Shown in pieces: positions 21,239 through 31,082 of a stretch of 64,000 nucleotides of DNA. Where the stretch lies: positions 10,841 through 74,840 of the forward strand of contig JAHFNT010000003.1 of assembly GCA_023267195.1 (NCBI GenBank). Reading direction: 5' to 3'. Each line of letters starts with the position of its first letter. Position 1 is the stretch's first letter. Both the position numbers and the translations under genes were made by a program. The DNA is from Candidatus Nomurabacteria bacterium. Its GTDB lineage: Bacteria > Patescibacteriota > Minisyncoccia > Phycocordibacterales > UBA9973. The notes under the pieces are model-generated. The model searched no databases. It had not been told where the DNA came from and worked only from the letters and a program-made list of their open reading frames with translations.

Positions 21239-22293
21239 TTTAAGAGTCCAGCTTTTTTAAAGAAATAATCAAATATCCAGTCAGTATCAAGCGGACCAGG
21301 AGAACTTTCTGGATGAAACTGCACTGACATAAAAGGCAAAGTTTTATGAATTATTCCCTCATTAGTATTGTCGTTCCCATTATGAAACCATTCCTGAAAA
21401 TCATCAGGGATTTGTTTAACAGCGAAACCATGATTTTGGGTTGTTAAATAGCACTTTTGGGTGCCATTTTCTACTACTGGCTGATTTTGGCTTCGATGTC
21501 CAAATTTCAATTTATATGTAGCGCCCCCTAGTGCTAGGGTCAAAATCTGATTTCCCAGACAAATGCCAAGCGTTGGTATTTTTTTCTCAATAATCTTTTT
21601 TACATTCTGAATCGTAGCCTTTACTTTGGCGGGATCTCCGGGACCATTTGAAATAACAACCGCAGAAAATGAAAATTTAAGTTTTAAAATATCCGTATCC
21701 CATGGCACCACTGCAACCTTAAAGCCCCGAGCAACAATCCTTCTTATGATATTATGTTTGACTCCGCAATCCAAAAGTATGATAGTTTTATCACCTTCAC
21801 CACAAAACAAAATTTCTTTTGTACTAACTTCCGCAACTAAATTTCTTAAATTTGGATCTTCAAATTTTATATCTTCCTTGCCAAAAATTATTTTACCCAA
21901 ACTCACTCCTTCGTCTCTTAATTTTTGCGTCAAAACTCTGATATCTTTGATTTCAATAAGCGGCACTCCTTCTTTTTTGAACCATTTTGCGAGAGTCGTT
22001 TGTGAGGCATGATGTGAAGGCGTATCAATATAATTAGAAACCACCAATCCTGCGACTTGAATTTTCTCCGACTCCCAAAATTCTTTTTTCGGAACGCCGT
22101 AATTGCCAATAATCGGATAAGTCATCACTAAAATCTGTCCCCGAAACGATGGATCAGTCAAGGCCTCGGGATACCCCACCATCCCAGTGGCAAAAACAAC
22201 TTCACCGGCTACTGATTTACAAGCGCCAAAATTAACACCCTCAAAAAAGGTACCGTCTTTCAAAATTAATTTTGTCTTTTTATCTTTTGCCAT
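21235..22293 (-). CDS. carA: Carbamoyl-phosphate synthase small subunit
   Basis: GEVVFATGMVGY, LTDPSF, SNGPGDP, GICLGNQ, SVQFHPE. Confidence 0.97.
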   Translation of the reverse strand: MAKDKKTKLILKDGTFFEGVNFGACKSVAGEVVFATGMVGYPEALTDPSFRGQILVMTYPIIGNYGVPKKEFWESEKIQVAGLVVSNYIDTPSHHASQTTLAKWFKKEGVPLIEIKDIRVLTQKLRDEGVSLGKIIFGKEDIKFEDPNLRNLVAEVSTKEILFCGEGDKTIILLDCGVKHNIIRRIVARGFKVAVVPWDTDILKLKFSFSAVVISNGPGDPAKVKATIQNVKKIIEKKIPTLGICLGNQILTLALGGATYKLKFGHRSQNQPVVENGTQKCYLTTQNHGFAVKQIPDDFQEWFHNGNDNTNEGIIHKTLPFMSVQFHPESSPGPLDTDWIFDYFFKKAGLLK

Positions 22294-23506
22294 AAGTTTT
22301 ACCTTTAATCACAGTCAGCACGACACTTCCGGGGAAAGTCACTCCTTCAAAAGGCGACCAGCCACATTTTGTTTTCAACATTTCCTTTTTTATAGTTATG
22401 GGGTTGTTCATATCAAGAACGGTAAGCGACCCAGCGTATCCTTCTTTTATTTCTCCATATTTCTCGCCAGTAAACTCCTCCAAGAATTTACCTGGATTAT
22501 ATGCACATACTCGCGCAATTTCCTCTCCGGCAAAACCATGCTCTTTTATAAGCCAAGAAACAAAAGGTCCGTAGGTATCAAGCTGCGGCGTGCCAGAAAT
22601 TCCCTTTAATTTTTCTTCTTTGGTATGAGGAGCGTGATCGGTCGCCAAAAAATCTATAGTGCCGTCTTTCAGGGCCTGTAATAAATATTTTTTATCGTTA
22701 GGGGTCCGAAGCGGCGGATTCATTTGCATTAAATTTCTGTTGTTTTCCGTAATCGCTTCTTGATCAAAATATAGATGATGCGGAGAAACTTCTACCACAA
22801 CGTTCACACCTCGCATTTTGGCACTTTTGATTTTTTCTATCCCTTCCTTGGTTGAACAATGGCAAATTTTCCCCTGCAAATTATATTTCTCAATCATCCC
22901 CAGGGCAAAATCTATGGCAGATATTTCAGCCTCTTCCGGGCGACGTTTCTCGTGAGTTAATTCATTTTTATTTTTCTCTAAAATTTCCGGATCTTCGCAG
23001 TGAAAGCTGATATTTTGTCCCTTATATAACTTTATCGTTTCTTCTAAATCCTTTTTTGAGTGAAAAAATAAATCCCCCACTGAGGGTCCCATAAAAACTT
23101 TGTAAGGAACTTTTCTGGACAGTGGTTTCGTCTGATTGCCAATTCCAGCATAAAGGAAAACTGGTACAGAAGATTTTTTGGCTAGCTCCTGTTTGCCTTC
23201 ATAACTTTCTTCATCTATTGGCGGAATTGGATTGTTGGGCATTTCCGCAAAGGCGACAACTCCCCCATTTATCGCCGCCTCTCCAGCTGTAATAAAATCT
23301 TCTTTATAATCTTGGGTATGGCTTGCATCTTCCCTCGCGTGTGCGTGTAAATCCACAAATCCTGGAAAAATTAATTCATCTTTAAAAATAAAATCGGCGG
23401 AACCTTTCGGTTCGCCGATTTTCGTAATTAATCCGCTTTCATCAATCTCTATCCGTCCGCGGAAAATTTTGTTTGTATTTACAATATTGCCTTCTAGGGT
23501 AAGCAT
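22280..23506 (-). CDS. pyrC: Dihydroorotase
   Basis: PGFVDLHAHAR, MPNN, FHCED, MNPPLR, ATDHAPH, KCGWSPFEG; in operon with carAB and pyrB. Confidence 0.92.
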   Translation of the reverse strand: MLTLEGNIVNTNKIFRGRIEIDESGLITKIGEPKGSADFIFKDELIFPGFVDLHAHAREDASHTQDYKEDFITAGEAAINGGVVAFAEMPNNPIPPIDEESYEGKQELAKKSSVPVFLYAGIGNQTKPLSRKVPYKVFMGPSVGDLFFHSKKDLEETIKLYKGQNISFHCEDPEILEKNKNELTHEKRRPEEAEISAIDFALGMIEKYNLQGKICHCSTKEGIEKIKSAKMRGVNVVVEVSPHHLYFDQEAITENNRNLMQMNPPLRTPNDKKYLLQALKDGTIDFLATDHAPHTKEEKLKGISGTPQLDTYGPFVSWLIKEHGFAGEEIARVCAYNPGKFLEEFTGEKYGEIKEGYAGSLTVLDMNNPITIKKEMLKTKCGWSPFEGVTFPGSVVLTVIKGKTYGKR

Positions 23507-23587
23507 TTTTAAATATAATTAATCTGACACATTGCCTAGAATCTTAACACAGCTTGAAAAAGTTCGCAATTCGTATATAATTGACGC

Positions 23588-24202
23588 ATGCTAATACCAA
23601 CAGTCATTGAAAAATCACAATTTGGAGAGCGGGCTTATGACATTTATTCTCGCCTTTTACGCGAGCGAATAATCTTTCTGGCTGGACCGATTGATGACCA
23701 TACTGCCAACATTGTCATTGCCCAACTTCTATTTTTGGAGTCTGAAGATTCGAAAAAGGACATTTATCTTTACGTCAATTCCCCTGGCGGATCTGTCACC
23801 TCTACAATGGCCATCGTAGATACCATGAATCACGTCCGGCCGGATGTTTCCACTTTCTGCGTTGGCCTGGCCGCTTCTGGCGCCGCTATAATTTTATCTT
23901 CCGGCAAAAAAGGCAAACGCTACATCTTGCCAAATGCGGAAGTGATGATTCACCAGCCACTCGGTGGCGTGGAAGGCCAAGCGACAGATATCGCCATTAC
24001 CGCGAAACACATCCTAAAAACGAGAGATAATTTAAATAAACTGCTAGCAAAAAATACTGGCAAATCTTTCGCTCAGATAGAAAAAGACGTGGAGCGAGAT
24101 TTCTTTATGGATGCCGAAGAAGCCAAGAAGTACGGCATCGTGGATGAAATAGTCACCAAATCCAAAACTACAGCTTCAAATTCCAAACCGGAAAGTCTAT
24201 AA
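23588..24202 (+). CDS. clpP: ATP-dependent Clp protease proteolytic subunit
   Basis: [33 protein letters not shown]. Confidence 0.98.
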   Translation: MLIPTVIEKSQFGERAYDIYSRLLRERIIFLAGPIDDHTANIVIAQLLFLESEDSKKDIYLYVNSPGGSVTSTMAIVDTMNHVRPDVSTFCVGLAASGAAIILSSGKKGKRYILPNAEVMIHQPLGGVEGQATDIAITAKHILKTRDNLNKLLAKNTGKSFAQIEKDVERDFFMDAEEAKKYGIVDEIVTKSKTTASNSKPESL

Positions 24203-24268
24203 AACAAGCTGTAATTGGTGGGTTGAATGTGGGATACTAGAATTAGAATGGGAATCTAGCCCCAACTA

Positions 24269-24390
24269 TTGACTTTTTATATAAATATGTGTTATAATTG
24301 ATCAAGAAGTTCGTTAGTGCTTGATTGCAGTTTTGAGGGTGTTTATTAGTACTTTCAAAACCGCAATCAAGCGGAATTTAGAGAAGGAGG
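24269..24390 (+). promoter_or_regulatory. Promoter, long leader hairpin and SD of GC-rich unit B
   Basis: TTGACT-N18-TATAAT (24269-24298); about 25-bp stem 24319-24372; SD AAGGAGG 24384-24390. Confidence 0.7.
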
Positions 24391-24395
24391 AGATC

Positions 24396-24920
24396 ATGAA
24401 GATCTCTCGTGTCATCGCTCTGTTCGTCTCTACCTTCGTCATGGGGTTCTCCCTATGTTTCGTGGGGCGTTGTCTCGACAGCGCCATGGAGGCGTTCGAA
24501 GAGGCCAAGACGTCTCTCGTTCAGGCTGGCGGAGCCGAGACCCACGGTTACTACCTGTGGCACCAGGCCGGCAACCGCGCCCTGATCATCGGGGCGATCC
24601 TGACTGTCGTAGCGGTGATCTCGTGGGTGGCAAGCTTCTTCCTGATCCGACGTCATGGGTGGGGAAAGCTCATCTCTCACACCGAACTCCGACCGGGTAT
24701 CTATCGTCTCGTGTGTGCGGGGCGACAGGTGGGACGCGCGACACCCCTGGCGATCATCGAGTACGAGGGCTCTCTGGTGGCGTGCAAACTCCCCGTCCTT
24801 GATGACGAGAGGATACTCCAGTCTGGAGAATACATCAGGGTGGAGTATTCCAAGACGAGCAACCGCTGGTACGCCAGCGTGCTGCCTGACGACACATCGG
24901 TCGCCAACGTGACCACCTAG
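24396..24920 (+). CDS. GC-rich orphan membrane protein (unit B), 174 aa
   Basis: ATG 5 nt after SD; two hydrophobic segments; 65% GC in a sampled line. Confidence 0.8.
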   Translation: MKISRVIALFVSTFVMGFSLCFVGRCLDSAMEAFEEAKTSLVQAGGAETHGYYLWHQAGNRALIIGAILTVVAVISWVASFFLIRRHGWGKLISHTELRPGIYRLVCAGRQVGRATPLAIIEYEGSLVACKLPVLDDERILQSGEYIRVEYSKTSNRWYASVLPDDTSVANVTT

Positions 24921-25015
24921 CTCTTTCCCTTCTCCCCCACTTCCTCGCCGCGAACTGGTGATCTTCGCAATAACTAACCAAAGGGCCCGAGAGAGCCCCA
25001 TCAAATCTCTCGTAT

Positions 25016-25061
25016 CGAAAAACGGCGTCGCCCACATCGGGCGCGCCGTTTCCTCGTTTTA
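25016..25061 (+). terminator. GC-rich bulged terminal hairpin of unit B
   Basis: CGAAAAACGGCG-T-CGCCC-ACATC-GGGCG-CGCCGTTTCCTCG-TTTTA. Confidence 0.7.
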
Positions 25062-25094
25062 GGTTATATTTATATTTTACTTGGGCAAATAAAA

Positions 25095-26984
25095 CTAAAG
25101 TATTTTTATTGTACCGCCTGTGTTCCCGGCCATAATATATTCGGCGACTTTGTTTTCAACTATTTCTTCAATCGCTCGCTTGATGGGGCGAGCGCCAAAA
25201 TCAGGGTCAAAACCGGCCGCGGAAACTTTTTCCACTAGCGCGTCGGTGACAAGCAGGATAATTTGCTTATCTCCAAGGAGACGTGAAGCAAATTCATCTA
25301 GCAAAAGTTTAGTAATTTTCTTTACTTCATTTTGTCCAAGTGGTTTGAAAAGAATAATGCCATTCCACCGGTTCAAAAATTCCGGCGCAAACACCCCAGC
25401 CTGAATCAGATTATTTATTAATGTCTTTTTTTCTACGCTCGGATTATTTATTATCTCTTTACTCCCAGCGTTGGAAGTGGCAATAATGAGAGCATCGCGA
25501 AAACTTGCTTCTCTCCCAGAGCTCCGAGTCAAGCGTCCTTCATCGAGCACTTGCAAAAGTAAATTGCGAACCGAAACATTAGACTTTTCCAGCTCATCAA
25601 AAAATACCAAAGAGAGAGGCGCTTCTTCTATGGCACCTGAGAGCCTTTCGGTAAAAGTTTCAACTGAATCAGGGCCAGAAAACTCACTCATATCAAAACG
25701 AATCATTGCATTTTTGCGACCAAAATAACTTTCCGCTAAAATTTTTGCCGTGTAAGTCTTCCCCACTCCCGTCGGGCCCAAAAAAAGAAAACTACCGGCT
25801 GGCTTGGTGTGGTCGGCAATACCGGTGCGCAGACGAATGAGCGCCTGTGACACGTCGGAGACTGCCTCCTCCTGCCCGATTATTTTATGCTTCATTGACA
25901 TTTCCAATCCAGCCAAAACTTTCCTTTCATCCGCGCCGATTTCTCCTATTGGTACATTCGTCTTATCGGAAATTATTTGCCTGACGTCATCTATAGTTAT
26001 GGTCTTGTGCAGTGTCTCGAGTTCTTCTAAAATTCTAAGAGAGCGTGCGGGCTCTAATTCATTGCCAATTAAACGCTCCGCCAAACGCGCAATTTCTAAA
26101 AGAGCCTCCTGTTTGATAGACACCCCGAGCGACTGCGCGCTGTTTTCAAGTATTAGAATAGTATCTTCTTTGTTGGTAGGAGCCACATCTACTTTTTCAA
26201 ATTTGGAAAGAAACTCTGGATGTTTTTTTAGTACCCGATCATAATTAGAAAAATCAGTGGTAACGATAATTCCCAAATGGGGAATTTTTAGATACGGCAT
26301 CAGATTTTCAAAAAAGTTCTCATACCGATCTATATTTTCAATCACCAGCACCACATCGCCCGAGAGCGCCGCTTCCTCTAAACATTTCTCAAAATCAGAC
26401 AAGTTAATTCCTTCAGTAAAAAGTTCTACCACTCGGCGGTGGCGAATGCCCGGAAAAGAGAGACCCGACCGTCCCAACCTGCCTAAATAAGAAACCAGGG
26501 TTGACTTGCCAACGCCATTGTCCCCCACCAAAAGCACATTGTGATTGGTGTCTTTAGAAAGCGCGCGTTCGATCATCCGAAGCGCTTTCTCTTTACCATA
26601 AATCCTCTTTGAGGAATCACTTAGAACTTCGCGGCCATGCGCATTTAAAATATAAGTCTCGCTATAAGAGAGCGACGCGCCAATACTGCCTAGATTTTGC
26701 AAATAATCACGACTAATTTTTATGGGTAAAAGAAAAAATACCGGGAAAATTAAAATGACTAGAATAGTAAAAATCAAACCGATAATTATCAAAACCACCC
26801 GCGCCACAAAACCTAAAATTCTTGAGAAAATAAAAAAAACTGCCTTTTCTAAAAAGGAAACATTTTTCCCGGCGTCTTTATCCATTTTCCACGGCAAAAA
26901 AAGAGTTTTAAAGAGAAGCGGAATAGAAAAAGCATTAAAGGCATACAACACAAGATTTTTCCACGACTGTATTCCCGGGTGCAT
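25095..26984 (-). CDS. ClpA/B-family AAA+ ATPase with an N-terminal membrane segment
   Basis: Walker A GDNGVGKS and GPTGVGKT; RFDMSEF, FFDELEK, LLQVLDEG, FGARPIKR; hydrophobic N-terminus. Confidence 0.88.
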   Translation of the reverse strand: MHPGIQSWKNLVLYAFNAFSIPLLFKTLFLPWKMDKDAGKNVSFLEKAVFFIFSRILGFVARVVLIIIGLIFTILVILIFPVFFLLPIKISRDYLQNLGSIGASLSYSETYILNAHGREVLSDSSKRIYGKEKALRMIERALSKDTNHNVLLVGDNGVGKSTLVSYLGRLGRSGLSFPGIRHRRVVELFTEGINLSDFEKCLEEAALSGDVVLVIENIDRYENFFENLMPYLKIPHLGIIVTTDFSNYDRVLKKHPEFLSKFEKVDVAPTNKEDTILILENSAQSLGVSIKQEALLEIARLAERLIGNELEPARSLRILEELETLHKTITIDDVRQIISDKTNVPIGEIGADERKVLAGLEMSMKHKIIGQEEAVSDVSQALIRLRTGIADHTKPAGSFLFLGPTGVGKTYTAKILAESYFGRKNAMIRFDMSEFSGPDSVETFTERLSGAIEEAPLSLVFFDELEKSNVSVRNLLLQVLDEGRLTRSSGREASFRDALIIATSNAGSKEIINNPSVEKKTLINNLIQAGVFAPEFLNRWNGIILFKPLGQNEVKKITKLLLDEFASRLLGDKQIILLVTDALVEKVSAAGFDPDFGARPIKRAIEEIVENKVAEYIMAGNTGGTIKIL

Positions 26985-27207
26985 CTTGTTATTCTACCAC
27001 AAATAGACAATTTATGAGTAATTTGTTATACTGCGGGTGTTGAATTTTACAAATTTATTGCGCTTAATTTATAGTTGGGTTCGCAGGAATATTCCATATA
27101 TTATGAAATTTAAAAAGGAAAATATTCAAATCTTTGAAAATTGTTTTACCGAGATGGGGATAGGGCTCTAATATAATGGTCTGTTCTTGTAAGCTCGCAC
27201 AAAGCTT

Positions 27208-28734
27208 ATGAGTATAATAATAATTTTGATGGGAGTCGGAGTACTCCTCTTAGGTATTGGGGTAGGATATTACCTCCGCGTGTTGGTCGCGCTCGGCAAA
27301 AGGAGATCCATAGAAATAGATATCAAGCAGATGATGGTCGGGGCTAAAGAAGAGGCCCAAAGAATTACCGATGAGGCCAAGAAAAAATCAGAAGAAACAC
27401 TCTCAAATTTAAAAGAAGAAGAGAAGAAAAAAGAGCAAGAATTCAGGGAAACGGAAAAACGACTTATCAAAAAAGATGAGTTCTTGGATGCACGGCAGGT
27501 TGAGGTGAATAAAGAAGCAGAAGGCATCAAGCAAAAAGCCGAGGAAGTTAAAAAAATTCAGGAAAAAGTTCTGAAAATAGAAGAAGAAAAAAGATCGGAA
27601 CTCGAAAGAGTATCCAAGCTCACTGAGGTTGAGGCTAAAGAAGAACTTCTGAAAGACGTTGAAAAAAAATATGAAGAGGATATCATGGTGCGAATCCAAA
27701 AATTGGAAAATAGCAATGAAGAGAAGCTGGACAGACGCGCGAAAGATATTTTAGCAACCTCCATCCAGCGCTTGGCTGCCAGCACCGCTTCTGAACTAAT
27801 GACCACGATAGTAACCATACCCAACAATGAAATTAAGGGCAAGATTATCGGGAAAGAAGGCCGAAACATCAGAGCCTTTGAGCGAGCAGCCGGAGTGGAA
27901 TTAATAGTGGATGATACTCCGGGCTCAATCATCATTTCCTCTTTTGACCCAATCCGCAGACAAGTGGCAAGATTGGCGCTGGAAAATCTTATCTTGGACG
28001 GACGCATTCAACCTGCCAAAATTGAAGAGCTGGTGGAAAAAGCCAAAGAGGAAATAAATAAAATTATTAAAGAAAAAGGCGAACAAGCAGTCTATGAATG
28101 TGGGATTTTCAATTTTGACCCACGTATTGTGTCAATCATCGGCCGATTATATTTCCGCACTAGCTATGGGCAAAATGTTCTCCAACACTCTATCGAAATG
28201 GCGCACATCGCTGGCATGATAGCAGAAGAATTGGGCGCAGATGTAGCCATAGCGAAAGCTGGGGCCTTAGTGCACGACATCGGTAAAGCGCTAGACCACG
28301 AAGTGCAAGGCACGCACGTCGAAATAGGCATGCGCATCTTGCAAAAATTTGGCGCCGATGAACGCATTGTGACTGCCATGAAATCTCACCACGAGGAATA
28401 TCCTTATGAGACCATAGAATCCATAATCGTGCAGACGGCCGACGCCATTTCCGGAGGCCGCCCAGGCGCGCGCCGAGATTCCGTAGAAAACTACTTGAAA
28501 CGCTTGCAAGAACTTGAAGCGCTAGTAAATGCTTTCCCGGGTGTAGAAAAATCATACGCATTGCAAGCCGGACGCGAAATTCGCATCTTCGTAACGCCAG
28601 AAAAAGTTTCTGACGCTGAAGCGAAGTTGATGGCCCGCGAAATTGCTATCAAAATTGAACAAGAACTCAAATACCCTGGCGAAATCAAAGTCACGATGAT
28701 CCGTGAGACCAGGATTATCGAATATGCTAGGTAA
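27208..28734 (+). CDS. rny: Ribonuclease Y
   Basis: N-terminal TM, coiled coil, KH (KGKIIGKEGRNIR), HD domain (HDIGK), RPGARR. Confidence 0.97.
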   Translation: MSIIIILMGVGVLLLGIGVGYYLRVLVALGKRRSIEIDIKQMMVGAKEEAQRITDEAKKKSEETLSNLKEEEKKKEQEFRETEKRLIKKDEFLDARQVEVNKEAEGIKQKAEEVKKIQEKVLKIEEEKRSELERVSKLTEVEAKEELLKDVEKKYEEDIMVRIQKLENSNEEKLDRRAKDILATSIQRLAASTASELMTTIVTIPNNEIKGKIIGKEGRNIRAFERAAGVELIVDDTPGSIIISSFDPIRRQVARLALENLILDGRIQPAKIEELVEKAKEEINKIIKEKGEQAVYECGIFNFDPRIVSIIGRLYFRTSYGQNVLQHSIEMAHIAGMIAEELGADVAIAKAGALVHDIGKALDHEVQGTHVEIGMRILQKFGADERIVTAMKSHHEEYPYETIESIIVQTADAISGGRPGARRDSVENYLKRLQELEALVNAFPGVEKSYALQAGREIRIFVTPEKVSDAEAKLMAREIAIKIEQELKYPGEIKVTMIRETRIIEYAR

Positions 28735-28855
28735 CTTGCCTTAAAAAACCCTTGATATATAATGGAGGGGTATTAAAAATAAGGGTTAAATGCCACTCCG
28801 ATCTAGATCTGGAGGGCTAGGTCGAGAATAATTATAAAAATAACTAAAAAAATAT

Positions 28856-29128
28856 ATGAATAAACAAGCATTAGCAGAGTGGGTACATGGAAAACTAGGA
28901 GGAACCAAGGTTCAAGCAGAAGAAATCGTTGATGGATTGTTTGATGCTATAATCCAAACCTTGAAAAAGGGCGGTGAAGTATCAATCGCCGGCTTCGGAA
29001 TCTTTTCTGTAAAATCTCGCGCTGCTCGCATGGCTCGCAATCCAAAAACTGGGGAGCAGGTCAAGGTAGCTGCCAAGAAAGTGCCAAAATTCCGACCTGC
29101 AAAAGGTTTGAAGGATATGGTTGCCTAG
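28856..29128 (+). CDS. hup: DNA-binding protein HU
   Basis: GFGIFSV..RAARMARNPKTGE..VPKFRP. Confidence 0.95.
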   Translation: MNKQALAEWVHGKLGGTKVQAEEIVDGLFDAIIQTLKKGGEVSIAGFGIFSVKSRAARMARNPKTGEQVKVAAKKVPKFRPAKGLKDMVA

Positions 29129-29146
29129 TTTTTACTTCGAAGTAAA

Positions 29147-29178
29147 AATAAAAAGCCCCACAAGGGGTTTTTTATTTG
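29147..29178. terminator. Bidirectional terminator between hup and the nuclease gene
   Basis: AATAAAAAGCCCC-ACAA-GGGGTTTTTTATT. Confidence 0.8.
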
Positions 29179-29196
29179 GACAACAAATCAAATTTT

Positions 29197-29721
29197 TTAT
29201 TTTTGAGGTATTGGTAATCCAAGCTTTTGTAATGGTAAATATTTAAAATAATATTGACACCCAACAGATATTATATAATCACAAACATCTTTATAGGACG
29301 AGTGTTTGAACCAATCACTAAGTATATAAATGTATTCCACTTCTATGTTTAGAGGAGCCATTAACTTTGCATATTGTTTTCTTTTAAAATCACATGTTTG
29401 TAATTTTTCATCAACAGAACCTGCGACTTTTTGAAATTTTACTTCAATAATAAAAAGTGTGTTATTTACAATTACATAAATAGCTTCATCTGGCAATAAT
29501 TTCTTAGAAAGAATCTTTTTATAATCAATTTTTTTAGATTCGAGAAATTTATACAATGCGTTCTTCTTGAAACTCCTTGCAACTTCTTTCCCATTGTAAA
29601 GTATAATATTACCATTAATTTTGTAACCTTTCTGTTTTTTTAGTAACGCCAAAATATCACTTTCTTTTTCAAAATTTAACCCAGTTATTGTATTACCACC
29701 ACCCTTTCCTTTTTCAATCAT
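29197..29721 (-). CDS. PD-(D/E)xK nuclease, probable type II restriction endonuclease
   Basis: LPDEA...IEVKFQ..GSVDEK; directly downstream of a DNA methyltransferase; very AT-rich. Confidence 0.75.
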   Translation of the reverse strand: MIEKGKGGGNTITGLNFEKESDILALLKKQKGYKINGNIILYNGKEVARSFKKNALYKFLESKKIDYKKILSKKLLPDEAIYVIVNNTLFIIEVKFQKVAGSVDEKLQTCDFKRKQYAKLMAPLNIEVEYIYILSDWFKHSSYKDVCDYIISVGCQYYFKYLPLQKLGLPIPQK

Positions 29722-29722
29722 A

Positions 29723-30544
29723 TTATTTTTTTAAATCATTAAATCGCTTTATTGATAAATCTAGATAATTTTTTTCCATATCAATACCAATGAATTTTCT
29801 ACCATTCATTACTGAAGCTATGCCAGTAGTAGAACTTCCCGCAAAAGGATCTAGAACAACGTCCCCTTTGTTTGTGCTGGATAGAACAATACGCTTCAAC
29901 AAATCTAAGGGCTTCTGAGTAGGGTGCTTTCCGTACTTCTTCTCCTCTGGTTTAGGTGTGCCCATAGACCAAACTGATCTCATTTGAAGTCCTGGTTTTT
30001 TTAATCTATCTTCCGGCCAATTTCCATCTTTCATTTCTCTATAATTAAAAGTGTGTTTTGCTCTTTTGTCTTTTCTGGCCCAAATGATTGTTTCATGACT
30101 TGCTGTAAAAAAACGACAACTCAAATTTGGTGAAGCATTAGGTTTAAACCAAGATATATCATTTAAGATATGGTAACTTAGGGACTGTAAGGCATGTCCA
30201 CATTGATAAATGGAATGGTATGTGCCGCTCACCCATAAGGTACCATTTGGTTTTAAAACACGTTTACATGCTTGAAGCCAACGATAATGGAAGGCATAAT
30301 CATCTAAAAAACCTTTACTGATGTCCCACTCACCTTTATTTACACTAACCATTTGTCCTGCGTGCACAGTAAAGCCTCCATTTGACAGATTATATGGCGG
30401 ATCTGCAAAAATCATATCAACTGAATCTTCTGGAAGTTGATTTAAAATATCTAGACAATCTCCATTGTATAAAACAAAATTATCCTTAGAAAAATAAGGC
30501 TTATTTTTAACTACCGAAAGAATTTTTTTATCTACAACTACCAT
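29723..30544 (-). CDS. Beta-class N6A/N4C DNA methyltransferase, DpnA-like
   Basis: MIFADPPYNLSNGG (motif IV) before VLDPFAGSSTT (motif I); HPTQKP. Confidence 0.92.
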   Translation of the reverse strand: MVVVDKKILSVVKNKPYFSKDNFVLYNGDCLDILNQLPEDSVDMIFADPPYNLSNGGFTVHAGQMVSVNKGEWDISKGFLDDYAFHYRWLQACKRVLKPNGTLWVSGTYHSIYQCGHALQSLSYHILNDISWFKPNASPNLSCRFFTASHETIIWARKDKRAKHTFNYREMKDGNWPEDRLKKPGLQMRSVWSMGTPKPEEKKYGKHPTQKPLDLLKRIVLSSTNKGDVVLDPFAGSSTTGIASVMNGRKFIGIDMEKNYLDLSIKRFNDLKK

Positions 30545-30567
30545 ATACTTATATTAACATTTTTTGG

Positions 30568-31080
30568 CTAAAAACGAATTTCTTCATTGTATAACCTTTT
30601 ATAAACTTCCGTTGATTCTTTAATAAGGCGAATAATATGTCTCTTTAGGTAAATTTTGTACTCACCATAGAAAAAAGCTATATCATCTTCATAATCTGCT
30701 CCATGCGATACACCATCTATGCTTATTGCATTCGGAACTTTACCACTAATCATATTGAAAACAAATTTAATCTGATATTTCTTATCTAGTAGGTTTTCAG
30801 GAGAACTAAGATGAAAAGCGGAATTACGAACTTTATTTACTAAATCAGTAATATCGGAAATGTCTGTGTTAATAGAAACATCGTCCTTAAAATTTATACG
30901 CTCTCCTAATTTAACAAATTTCTGTAATAAATCATCAAGTTTTAGAATTATGGAAATAAAAACTGGCTCACGAAACACTCTAAGAACATCAGCCCCAAAT
31001 ATACCTGTGTTAATAAACTGGACTATGTCCCGAATGTTTGATTCTATTTGAGATTTTATAAAAAAATTATCTTTATCCAT
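30568..31080 (-). CDS. Hypothetical protein
   Basis: 170-aa ORF starting 2 nt after the lexA stop. Confidence 0.7.
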   Translation of the reverse strand: MDKDNFFIKSQIESNIRDIVQFINTGIFGADVLRVFREPVFISIILKLDDLLQKFVKLGERINFKDDVSINTDISDITDLVNKVRNSAFHLSSPENLLDKKYQIKFVFNMISGKVPNAISIDGVSHGADYEDDIAFFYGEYKIYLKRHIIRLIKESTEVYKRLYNEEIRF

Positions 31081-31082
31081 TT

